This document shows, piece after piece, positions 9,313 through 17,259 of a stretch of 30,179 nt of DNA. The position numbers and the translations under genes were made by a program. Numbering within the stretch: position 1 is the stretch's first letter; each line of letters begins with the position of its first letter. The DNA is from Phycisphaerales bacterium (GTDB taxonomy: Bacteria > Planctomycetota > Phycisphaerae > Phycisphaerales > SM1A02), in the NCBI GenBank assembly GCA_044348205.1, contig JBIKTI010000001.1:1-30179 (forward strand), in the 5' to 3' direction. The notes under the pieces were generated by a model, which was not told the DNA's origin, ran no database searches, and worked only from the letters and a program-made list of their open reading frames with translations.

Positions 9313-9359
9313 CGGCGAAGGCGCGCAGCCGTGCGCGGTGATGCGCGCGCTGCACGCGG

Positions 9360-9389
9360 AAGTCCAGACGAAGAAAGTCCAAACGAAGA
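9360..9389. repeat. 15-bp tandem duplication (2 copies) next to a terminator
   Basis: AAGTCCAGACGAAGA / AAGTCCAAACGAAGA, one mismatch. Confidence 0.7.
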
Positions 9390-9417
9390 ACGCCCCGACC
9401 GTCTGGTCGGGGCGTTC
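9388..9417. terminator. Probable bidirectional intrinsic terminator between the convergent TSCPD gene and rplI
   Basis: Perfect 13-bp stem GAACGCCCCGACC-gtct-GGTCGGGGCGTTC; T-rich tails on both strands. Confidence 0.8.
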
Positions 9418-9433
9418 GTGTTTGCTCTGGCTG

Positions 9434-9547
9434 CCTTGACCGCGTCACTCGGCCTTGACCGCGTCACTCGGCCTTGACCGCGTCACTCGGCCTTGACCGC
9501 GTCACTCGGCCTTGACCGCGTCACTCGGCCTTGACCGCGTCACTCGG
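9434..9547. repeat. 19-bp perfect tandem repeat, 6 copies, containing the rplI stop codon
   Basis: CCTTGACCGCGTCACTCGG x6 (9434, 9453, 9472, 9491, 9510, 9529). The minus-strand unit reads AAG GCC GAG TGA CGCGGTC. Confidence 0.95.
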
Positions 9548-10130
9548 CCTTGGCCTTGGCCTTGCCGCGGCGAGGGCCCTTGGCTTCCTCGACCGCGTCC
9601 TCGGCCTCCGATGCCTCGACGGCTGCAGCGGCGGCCTCCTCGGCCTCCTTCTGGGCCTGGAGCATCTCGAGGGCGCGATCCGCGGCAACATCGATCGTGA
9701 TGTCGGCGCGCAGGTCCTTCTCGAACTGGATCGTGCAGGTGTAGCTACCGATGCGGCGGAAGGGGTTCGCGAGGCGCACGGCCCGCATGTCGACGGCGTA
9801 GCCCGCCGCGACGAGCGCATCGGCGATGTCGCGCTGCGTGATCGAGCCGTAGAGGACGCCCTGGTCGTTGCAGCTGCGGACGAGCTTGATCACGATGCCT
9901 CCGAGCTTGGCGATCGTCTCCTCGCGGAGCTTGCGCTGCGCCGCGAGCTCTGCGAGCGCCTTCGCGCGGACTTCCTTCAGGGCATCGATCTTCGCCTCCG
10001 TCGGGTGCTCTGCGAGCGCGTGCGGAAGGAGGTAGTTGCGGGCGAATCCGGCGCGCACCTTGACGATGTCGCCCACGATGCCGAGGTTCTCGACATTGCG
10101 AAGAAGAAGCAATTCAACTGGTCGTGCCAT
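9540..10130 (-). CDS. rplI: 50S ribosomal protein L9 (with Ala/Glu/Lys-rich C-terminal tail)
   Basis: VELLLLRNVENLGIVGDIVKVRAGFARNYLLP; GVLYGSIT..DIADAL; IGSYTCTIQF. Confidence 0.95.
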   Translation of the reverse strand: MARPVELLLLRNVENLGIVGDIVKVRAGFARNYLLPHALAEHPTEAKIDALKEVRAKALAELAAQRKLREETIAKLGGIVIKLVRSCNDQGVLYGSITQRDIADALVAAGYAVDMRAVRLANPFRRIGSYTCTIQFEKDLRADITIDVAADRALEMLQAQKEAEEAAAAAVEASEAEDAVEEAKGPRRGKAKAKAE

Positions 10131-10609
10131 GGGTCGCTGTCCTGGGGCATCGGGCCCCGTGAGTTAGGACGCGGTCGACCAACGCGGTCGAAGGCGCCCA
10201 ACGAGTGGCGAGCCGCGCAGTATGGACGAAACCCGCTGGGAAGGGAAGGGGCGGCTCGGGTTGGGCGCGCATGGGCGGGGCGCTTGATCGACCTGTCGGG
10301 GCACGGCCGGAAAAATGTTGCCGAAAAACCCCCAAGGCCGGGCGGGACGGCCAAAGACCCGTATAGAATCCGAACATCGGACGCGGGTGTGCCGCGCCGA
10401 GCAATCCAAACACTCGCAGGACGCGGGTGAAAAGAGGAGGGGCGCGAGTTGCCCCGTCTGGTTTCTGCCGGGTGTGGAACCTGTCGGCAACGCCAGCGGT
10501 TTTTCGAATCGGATATCAAGCGTCGTACGGGAAGAGTCGGAGTCGGAAACGGAATCGAACTCGGTCGTTGCGAGAACAGCCGCGGCCGCCAACCTGAAGG
10601 AGATGAACG

Positions 10610-11098
10610 ATGGCCAGCTACAACAAGGTCCTTCTCATGGGCAACCTCACCCGCGATGTGCAGCTCAAGAGCACTTCAGGCGGGCAGTCGGTTGCCGAGA
10701 TCGGTCTCGCGCTCAACCGCAAGTACAAGACGAAGGACGGCCAGGACCGCGAAGAGGTCACCTATGTCGACTGCGAGTGCTGGGGCCCTCGCGCCGAGGT
10801 GATCAACAAGTTCTTCTCGAAGGGCAAGCCGATCTTCATCGAGGGCCGCCTCAAGCTCGACACCTGGGAGGACAAGGACGGCCAGAAGCGCTCCAAGCTC
10901 CGTGTCGTCGTCGATGACTTCCAGTTCGTTGGCGGCCAGGGCGGCGGTGGTGGCGGTGGAGGCGGCGGCGGCGACTACGCGCGCGAAGACAGCGGCGGCT
11001 ACGCGCCGTCTCGCTCGTCGGGCGGCGGCGGTGGCGGTGGCGGTGGCCGCGGCGGCCACTCGGGCATCCAGGAAGACGAGATTCCGTTCGTGGTTTGA
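10610..11098 (+). CDS. ssb: Single-stranded DNA-binding protein
   Basis: YNKVLLMGNLTRDVQLK, FIEGRLKLDTWEDKDGQKRSKL, Gly-rich linker, acidic tail EDEIPF(VV). SD AAGGAG at 10597-10602. Confidence 0.96.
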   Translation: MASYNKVLLMGNLTRDVQLKSTSGGQSVAEIGLALNRKYKTKDGQDREEVTYVDCECWGPRAEVINKFFSKGKPIFIEGRLKLDTWEDKDGQKRSKLRVVVDDFQFVGGQGGGGGGGGGGGDYAREDSGGYAPSRSSGGGGGGGGGRGGHSGIQEDEIPFVV

Positions 11099-11331
11099 GC
11101 GCTCGCCGCTGCGGCGGCTCGCTTTGGCGTTGCGGCGAGTTTGAGCGCTCGCCGCTGCGGCGGCTCGCTTTGGCGTTGCGGCGAGTTTGAGCGCTCGCCG
11201 CTGCGGCGGCTCGCTTTGGTGTTGCGGCGAGTTTGAGCGCTCGCCGCTGCGGCGGCTCGCTTTGGCGTTGTGGCGAGTTTGAGCGCTCGACGCTGCGGGG
11301 GCTCGCTTTGGTGTTGCGGCGAGTTTGAGCG
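11093..11331. repeat. 46-bp palindromic tandem repeat, 5 copies plus 9-bp partial, starting at the last codon of ssb
   Basis: GTTTGAGCGCTCGCCGCTGCGGCGGCTCGCTTTGGCGTTGCGGCGA at 11093, 11139, 11185, 11231, 11277. Copies 3-5 carry substitutions. No unique spacers. Confidence 0.95.
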
Positions 11332-11340
11332 TTCGCGACT

Positions 11341-11376
11341 GACGGCGGGGCGAGCCTACGGCTCGCGTCCGCCGTC
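11341..11376. repeat. REP-like compound hairpin (possible terminator for ssb)
   Basis: GACGGCGG-g-GCGAGCC-tac-GGCTCGC-gt-CCGCCGTC: 8-bp outer and 7-bp inner perfect stems. No clear U-tract. Confidence 0.5.
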
Positions 11377-11521
11377 TGGGCTTGCTTTCGTGCTCGAAAC
11401 GCCAGAGGTCGCAGGCGACTGACGCCCGAGTGCGCCGTGCCGCGCGTCGTCCAAACTACTTGCCTCGAGGCGGAGGTCCAGCTGGCTAGTGGGGTTGAGC
11501 CGCACTTCCGCAGCCGCGCGC

Positions 11522-11688
11522 CTAGGTTCTGTCTGACGGATCACCGAAGACCAAAGAGTCGCGCGGCGCCCGGATGGCAAGGAGGTGAAACGAAGCTGTA
11601 TCCGCAGTGATACAGCGAGTTGAAGCCGACGCGGCCAGCCGGGATGCCGCGCGGTTCGACGTCCGGGGATCCGGCAGACAGAACCTAG
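11522..11688. mobile_element. 167-bp MITE-like element with 21-bp terminal inverted repeats and CTAG ends (IS5-family-like)
   Basis: Left CTAGGTTCTGTCTGACGGATC (11522-11542) versus right GATCCGGCAGACAGAACCTAG (11668-11688): 20/21 match. Nested internal inverted repeats. No transposase. Confidence 0.7.
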
Positions 11689-11926
11689 CCGGAGGTTCGG
11701 TGTTGAAGCCAGCACCCGCCTCTCTGATCTGCACCTTGCTCCTGGCCTCCCGGGCAACGCGGCTTTCGGGCACCGATGTCGCATAGACGCAGCCTCGCCG
11801 CTTGACGAGGCTCGGAGACCCGCGCTCAGATGGCTTGAACTGCCTCCCGAGCTTCTCGCCAGGCCACCTGTGGTGCACATTTTCGAAAATCTTGAGGCTT
11901 GGTCGAACCTCGGACCGATCTTTGGT

Positions 11927-11944
11927 GTACTACTGTACTAGTAC
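11927..11944 (+). promoter_or_regulatory. Palindromic operator, probably the YtrA-subfamily GntR autoregulatory site
   Basis: GTACTA-ctgtac-TAGTAC, ending 3 nt before the gntR ATG; AT-rich in a GC-rich context. Confidence 0.65.
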
Positions 11945-11947
11945 GCC

Positions 11948-12370
11948 ATGCCGCTTCCCTTCCTCGTCAATCCAAACGCACCCGTTCCGATCTTCCGACA
12001 GATCGCGGACGGCTTGCGGGCGGCAATCGGTCGTGGCGCGTACGCGGCGGGCGATCTCCTGCCGAGCGTGCGCGTCATCGCCGAGGAGCTCGGCGTCAAT
12101 CCAAACACCGTCCATAAGGCGATCGCCGAACTTGAGCGCGATGGCCTCGTGACGGCCGAGCGGGGGCGCGGGATGGCGGTGCTCGCGGGTTCCCGCGCGC
12201 AGGCGCGGGCTTCGGGAGACGAGGCGGTCATGCTCCATCTCGCAGAGGCCGCACGGCTCGCGGCCGCCGCGCGCATGGAGCCAGAGAAGTTCGAGCAGCT
12301 TGCCCGGCGCGCCATCCGCGCGGCAAGCGCAGAGACGCTCGCGCCAGAGCGGGCAGGAGGTTCTTCATGA
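11948..12370 (+). CDS. GntR-family transcriptional regulator, YtrA subfamily
   Basis: [16 protein letters not shown]....[34 protein letters not shown] wHTH, short helical C-terminus; ATGA overlap with the ABC ATPase gene. Confidence 0.9.
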   Translation: MPLPFLVNPNAPVPIFRQIADGLRAAIGRGAYAAGDLLPSVRVIAEELGVNPNTVHKAIAELERDGLVTAERGRGMAVLAGSRAQARASGDEAVMLHLAEAARLAAAARMEPEKFEQLARRAIRAASAETLAPERAGGSS

Positions 12371-13383
12371 ATGCGCTTGACGCCGAACCATCGAGCGGCT
12401 CGCTGGAGGGCCCGACGGCATCTCACGATTCGATCTCGCCCGCGCGAGACGCCGAGGCGACTGTCGCCGGCACGGGCATCGCGCTTCGATGCTCGGGTCT
12501 CTCGCTGCGATTCGGAAAGGTCCGCGCCCTCGATGGGCTCGATCTGACCCTCGCTCCCGGCGAGTGCGTGGGCGTCGTCGGGCGCAATGGAGCGGGCAAG
12601 AGCACGCTCTTCCGCTCGATCATCGGAGCGGAGTCTCCCGACTCGGGCCGAATCGAGACCACGCCCGCAATGACGCGCGTGGAGTTCCTCGCGCGCACGG
12701 GCTTCGTTCCAGATGCGCTCGCGATCTACGACTGGATGAAGGCGGGGCAGGCCATCGACTTCATGGCATCGCTCCAGCCGAGGTTCGACCAGGCATGGAG
12801 CATCGAGCTGCAGTCGGTCCTCGGAATCGACCGTGCGGCCAGGGTCCGTGATCTCTCGCGCGGCATGCAGGCACGCCTCGCCTTCGTGCTCGGCCTGTCG
12901 CATCGACCCGATCTCGTGCTGCTCGACGAGCCGCTTCTCGGCGTCGACGCCGTCACCCATGACGCGGTCCTCGAGGTGCTCGCCCGAATGCGCGCGGTGC
13001 AGGGCTGCACCATGCTCATCGCCTCGCACCAGCTCGGCGATCTCGCGCGGATCTCAGACCGCGTCGTCTTCCTCGATCGAGGCAGGATCGTCGAGGAGTG
13101 TCAGATCGACGAGCTCGTGACGGGCACGCATCGGCTGATCGTCAGCGGCGTCGCCGACGATTGGTCGCCACCTCGGTCGAGCGCCGTCATCCTCGCGCGT
13201 TGCCAGGGCTCCGCGCACATCCTCACCATCCGAGGCGACTCCGCGCCGATTCAGAGCGCGATCGTGGCTGCGAATCCCGCCGCGCGCATCGAGCAGGTCG
13301 CGCTCTCCATCCACGAAGCATGCGCGGATCGGCTTCGCGCGCTCGAGGCCGCACCGTGCACGGAGCGGCCGCGCATGGATTGA
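12367..13383 (+). CDS. ABC transporter ATP-binding protein (ABC-2/YtrB-like exporter)
   Basis: Walker [10 protein letters not shown], signature LSRGMQ, Walker B VLLDEP, H-loop IASH. Confidence 0.92.
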   Translation: MNALDAEPSSGSLEGPTASHDSISPARDAEATVAGTGIALRCSGLSLRFGKVRALDGLDLTLAPGECVGVVGRNGAGKSTLFRSIIGAESPDSGRIETTPAMTRVEFLARTGFVPDALAIYDWMKAGQAIDFMASLQPRFDQAWSIELQSVLGIDRAARVRDLSRGMQARLAFVLGLSHRPDLVLLDEPLLGVDAVTHDAVLEVLARMRAVQGCTMLIASHQLGDLARISDRVVFLDRGRIVEECQIDELVTGTHRLIVSGVADDWSPPRSSAVILARCQGSAHILTIRGDSAPIQSAIVAANPAARIEQVALSIHEACADRLRALEAAPCTERPRMD

Positions 13384-13434
13384 GCGTGATGGACCAGTCC
13401 GTGATCGAGAAGGCCATTCAAGCCAAGTTCGTGC

Positions 13435-13488
13435 ACGAAGTCCCTAGACGAAGTCCCTAGACGAAGTCCCTAGACGAAGTCCCTAGAC
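13435..13488. repeat. 13-bp perfect tandem repeat, 4 copies, just upstream of the first membrane-protein gene
   Basis: ACGAAGTCCCTAG x4 (13435, 13448, 13461, 13474) plus AC, followed by AAGGA and ATG 13503. Confidence 0.95.
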
Positions 13489-13502
13489 AAGGAATCGCAG
13501 TC

Positions 13503-15371
13503 ATGAGCATGCATTTCGCATTGATGGGCCAGGCGGCCCCGCCAGCCCGCGGACACTCGCGGGGTCAGTTCGCGGCGTTGCTGCGGAAGGACCTCGCGCA
13601 CGCCGCACCCATCGTCGCCTTGGCCGCCGCCATGCTTGCGCTTCTCGTCCTCTTCGCGGCGGCCGCTCCGCTGCTCGGAGAAGGCGCCTTAGAGATGGTC
13701 GCTGCGAATGGCGACCGCGGTTCCGTCGTCGCCCGGATCGGCTCGATGGCACCCGTGTTCTGGTGCGTCACAGTCGTCGTCACCGTGTTCAGTGCGGTCG
13801 CAATCGCGGTCGGCGACCGCGCAAGCGGTGCGCGTCATCTGTTTCCCGCGCTCCCCGTCTCCGCGCGAACGGCCTATCTCTCGAAGCTCCGCGCCTGCAC
13901 CGTCATTCTCCTGCTGTTCACCGCCATGTCGACGCTCGTCGAGTCGATGCTGACGGATGGATCCCCCTACAACGGCACGGTCGTCGGGCTGCTCGTCGGC
14001 GTGCTCGCGCTTGGCACGGTCTGGGCGTTCGTCGCCCCCGGACTCTCGCGGGGATTCGCTGGCGCCGTTCTCATCGCCGTGGCACTCCCGACGGTGCTGA
14101 TCGTGGTCTGCGTCATCGCAGGCGATTTCCTGGCGCGCATCGTCGTGAAGGCCATGCTGGCTGCGACAGACGCAGCGGCCTGGCACGCCCTCGTCGCACC
14201 CGGACTGCAGGGGCGGCATGTCGTTTCGCCGGCGAGCTTCGGCGATCCTGTGTGGGTGTGCGCCGCTTCATCGGTTCTGTTGATCGGCATCTGGGCTGCA
14301 TGGCGCTCACGCGCCGTGGTGCTCTGCCAGCGCTCGCCCAAGGCATGGTCGCCTCGACGATTCGCGAGGGTCCTCGCCTGCGCATCGGTCGCCGTCGCGG
14401 GCGCGGGCGTCGCGAAGGCCGCGATCGCCTGGAGCACTGATCCTGCCGTTCGAGCCGCGGCTGAGATCAGGGACACCGTCGATGCGGACCGGACGAAGCC
14501 CACGCCCGCGCTCGTGCGTCTCTGGGCCGATCACTGGGACTTGATCGATCGTCGCCGAACCCACCTCTTCTTCTCGTCCGCGGACGGCCGTGGTTTCCGC
14601 GAGGGGTACTGGCAGGTCATCCTCCATGATCCGCAGTCGGCGGACTGGAGCGCCGATCGAGACGAATGGACCGCCCGTTGGAGCCTGATCGAGGCGGTCC
14701 GGGAGCGCCTCGATCACGATCCCGAAGTGGTTCGGTCGGCTGCGAAGGCGATTCTCGCCTCGGATGAGCGGCTCGGGTCGATCGCAAAGGCGCGCGTCGC
14801 GGAGCTCGTCGGCCCGCGCACGAGGCTGACGGTTCTCCTGAAGGAGCTCTCGCAACCGAGGCTTGGCGAGGAAGAGCGGCTGCAGCTCACGATGCTGCTG
14901 GTCCCGTCGATCGCCGTGCTCGACCCTTCGTGGGACCAGGCGTCCAACTGGACGGGTGACCCAGGAGCTTGGCTTTCCAATGTCGATCGGGCATCGTGGG
15001 GTCTCGCGCCGTTCGAGCTCGCGTGTGGTGGCGGAGCCGCCTCATGCCCCACGGCATCGGTGCGGGCGGCGGCCGTCATCCTGGTCGCGATCCTCGAGCA
15101 GCGGATCAACGCGGGGTCGCTGGATCCGACGCACTCAAGCGCGCCCCACGATCAGCTCGCCGTCGACGAGGCTGTGCTGCGGGCCGCGCGTGCAACGCTT
15201 GAGCTCCCTTTCCCTCGACACGGCGACGCGCATTTCACGGACGCCCCGTGGCTCGACGACGGATCAAGGGCACCGGTCGTGAACGACGAGCAGTCGCTGT
15301 ATCTGCCCGCCACGCAACTCTTCGACCTCGAGCGGACGGACCCCGTCTATCTGCTGCCGGAGAGGCAGTGA
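13503..15371 (+). CDS. ABC-2-type permease-like membrane protein with large C-terminal soluble domain (paralog 1)
   Basis: 622 aa; LLRKDL start and LPVS...YLSKL motif typical of ABC-2 permeases; about 7 hydrophobic segments by eye in the first ~310 aa; hydrophilic C-terminal half. SD AAGGA. Confidence 0.7.
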   Translation: MSMHFALMGQAAPPARGHSRGQFAALLRKDLAHAAPIVALAAAMLALLVLFAAAAPLLGEGALEMVAANGDRGSVVARIGSMAPVFWCVTVVVTVFSAVAIAVGDRASGARHLFPALPVSARTAYLSKLRACTVILLLFTAMSTLVESMLTDGSPYNGTVVGLLVGVLALGTVWAFVAPGLSRGFAGAVLIAVALPTVLIVVCVIAGDFLARIVVKAMLAATDAAAWHALVAPGLQGRHVVSPASFGDPVWVCAASSVLLIGIWAAWRSRAVVLCQRSPKAWSPRRFARVLACASVAVAGAGVAKAAIAWSTDPAVRAAAEIRDTVDADRTKPTPALVRLWADHWDLIDRRRTHLFFSSADGRGFREGYWQVILHDPQSADWSADRDEWTARWSLIEAVRERLDHDPEVVRSAAKAILASDERLGSIAKARVAELVGPRTRLTVLLKELSQPRLGEEERLQLTMLLVPSIAVLDPSWDQASNWTGDPGAWLSNVDRASWGLAPFELACGGGAASCPTASVRAAAVILVAILEQRINAGSLDPTHSSAPHDQLAVDEAVLRAARATLELPFPRHGDAHFTDAPWLDDGSRAPVVNDEQSLYLPATQLFDLERTDPVYLLPERQ

Positions 15372-15408
15372 CCAGTGGCATCCCCACGGACGAAAGGACG
15401 CCGAGCAT

Positions 15409-17244
15409 ATGACCGCCTTCAACAGTGACATCACGACCCTGTCCGTCCACGGTCGGCGTCGATCCGCTTTCGGGACCCTTCTGCTGAAGGATCTGTGCCT
15501 CGCAGCGCCGATCGTGGGGTCGGGTCTGGCGATCCTCGCGATCCTCACCGCTTTCTATGCCGTTCTGCCTTTCCTCGGCAGGGATGTGGAGCGCGCGTTC
15601 CTGCTCTACCACGCGCACTCGGGCGTCGCGGGCAGGATCGGCCTGCTCACGCCTGTGTTCGTCGTCATCTCCGTGCTTGCGAGCGTGCTCTCGGCCGTCC
15701 TGATCGCGGGCGGCGACAGCGGAGGCCGGGCGAAGACCCTGCTGCCTGTCCTGCCCGTCGCGTCGTGGCTCGTCTATGCATCGAAGCTCTGCGCCACTCT
15801 GTCCGTGCTCCTCCTGTTCGGCTCGCTGAGCGGTCTCGTGTCGAGTCTTCAGGCCAGCGGACGACAAGATCCCGACAAGCTGGCCTTCCTGCTCTCAGCG
15901 CTGGGAATCGGCATCGTGTGGGCGTTCGCCGCCCCCGCGTTCGCGCGCAGCTTCGCGGGAGTCTTCCTCGGCACCACGCTTCTCCCCTTCCTTCTGTGTT
16001 CCTGTTGCGCCATCAGCGCGCACTGGCTCGCGCCGGTCGCCATGCGTTCCATGCTCGGGGCGGTCGATTCCGACCGCTGGTACAGGGGCTACCTCACCGC
16101 GAAGTCGGGCGGAAGCTCCTCGAACGAAGTGCTCGAGGAGGCGGTGCTGCTCGGCGCTGCGGCGACCGGCCTCGGGCTCGGGCTCTGGGCCGCATGGCGG
16201 GCGCGCGCCGTCGTGCTCTGCAGGCGGACGCCGCGCCGCCTCGACCCGGTTCGCGTCGCTCGACTGGCGGGAATGGCGCTCTGCGCGATGGTCGCCTCGA
16301 CTGCAGTGACGGCGGTCAGGGCGTGGACGGCGGACCCGCAGATTGCCTACGCCCTCGAGACGGCTCGCGCCTATCGCGACTCGAGCGCACAGAGCACCGC
16401 CGAGCTCCTCGACTCCTTCCTCAAGATGCACGAGCCGCCCGAGTCGCTTCAGCCGAACCCGTCGCGGTCGTGGTCGCCTGGCCTCGCATGGCACCGTGTG
16501 TACGACGCGCTGGACGGATCGAGCCATGATTGGAGCAGTGGCGACCTCGCTCGGCGCCGCGCGATTCGCGAGGCCATCGTCGAGCGCTTTGGGAGCGATC
16601 CCGACGGACTGCGTGACGCTGCATTGGCCGTGCTCGCGGACAGGGAGAGGCCAGGCGTCGGCACGCGCCTCGTCGCTGCGCGCTGGGTCGGCCCTTGGAC
16701 CTCTCTCTCTGTCGCGGTGCACGAACTATCGGTGACCGATGACGAGCACGCGCGCGCGCTGCTCCTCCAGACGGTTGCGCACAATGCCCCCGTGCTCGGG
16801 CCGAGAGATGCCTCGACCTCTCGTGCGGGGGACTGGGGCAGCGCGATGTTCCTCGTCACGCGGCTTGCAGACTGGGGAGTTCCGCCGTTCTCGCTCCGCG
16901 AGTTCCCCGTCGAGAAGCAGCATCCCTCCGTCGCAGCCCGTGCTGCGGCTCTGGTCACGCTCGCCTGGCTCGACTCGCAGACGCGCGGAGGCACGTTCGT
17001 CGCACAGAACCCGTCCTCGCCGTCGGATCGGCTCGAAGTCGATGCGGAGACCGTGCGGAGGGCCCGCGCTGCGGCCGATCTGCCGCTCGCGCAGGTCGCG
17101 GCGGCCTTCCACACGACCACGGCGCGCATCCAGACGGGCACGCCCATCGAGGACCTCGACGACAACGAGACGCTCTATCTCCGCGCGAGCGAGCTCTTCG
17201 ATCCCGCATCGACGGATCCGTCGTATCTCGGCCGTGATCGCTGA
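15409..17244 (+). CDS. ABC-2-type permease-like membrane protein with large C-terminal soluble domain (paralog 2)
   Basis: 611 aa, collinear with paralog 1: LLLKDL, LPVA...YASKL, VWAFAAP, WAAWRARAVVLC, DNETLYLRASELFD...TDPSYL. SD AAAGGA upstream. Confidence 0.7.
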   Translation: MTAFNSDITTLSVHGRRRSAFGTLLLKDLCLAAPIVGSGLAILAILTAFYAVLPFLGRDVERAFLLYHAHSGVAGRIGLLTPVFVVISVLASVLSAVLIAGGDSGGRAKTLLPVLPVASWLVYASKLCATLSVLLLFGSLSGLVSSLQASGRQDPDKLAFLLSALGIGIVWAFAAPAFARSFAGVFLGTTLLPFLLCSCCAISAHWLAPVAMRSMLGAVDSDRWYRGYLTAKSGGSSSNEVLEEAVLLGAAATGLGLGLWAAWRARAVVLCRRTPRRLDPVRVARLAGMALCAMVASTAVTAVRAWTADPQIAYALETARAYRDSSAQSTAELLDSFLKMHEPPESLQPNPSRSWSPGLAWHRVYDALDGSSHDWSSGDLARRRAIREAIVERFGSDPDGLRDAALAVLADRERPGVGTRLVAARWVGPWTSLSVAVHELSVTDDEHARALLLQTVAHNAPVLGPRDASTSRAGDWGSAMFLVTRLADWGVPPFSLREFPVEKQHPSVAARAAALVTLAWLDSQTRGGTFVAQNPSSPSDRLEVDAETVRRARAAADLPLAQVAAAFHTTTARIQTGTPIEDLDDNETLYLRASELFDPASTDPSYLGRDR

Positions 17245-17259
17245 CCGCGGTGCGTGACG

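Noticed and set aside
10131-10609. rpsR (S18) between ssb and rplI
   Set aside because: No frame gives an S18-like sequence; the spacer looks like a divergent promoter region.
10920-11060. GGC/GGT triplet runs in ssb
   Set aside because: Encode the ordinary Gly-rich SSB linker.
11093-11331. 46-bp array as a CRISPR array
   Set aside because: Units are contiguous with no unique spacers, and there are no cas genes in the window.
11356-11878. 119-aa minus-strand ORF restored by removing the MITE (163 bp)
   Set aside because: Excision does join track ORFs 11522..11878 and 11356..11880 in frame, but the product has no motif or SD, and open frames are common at this GC content.
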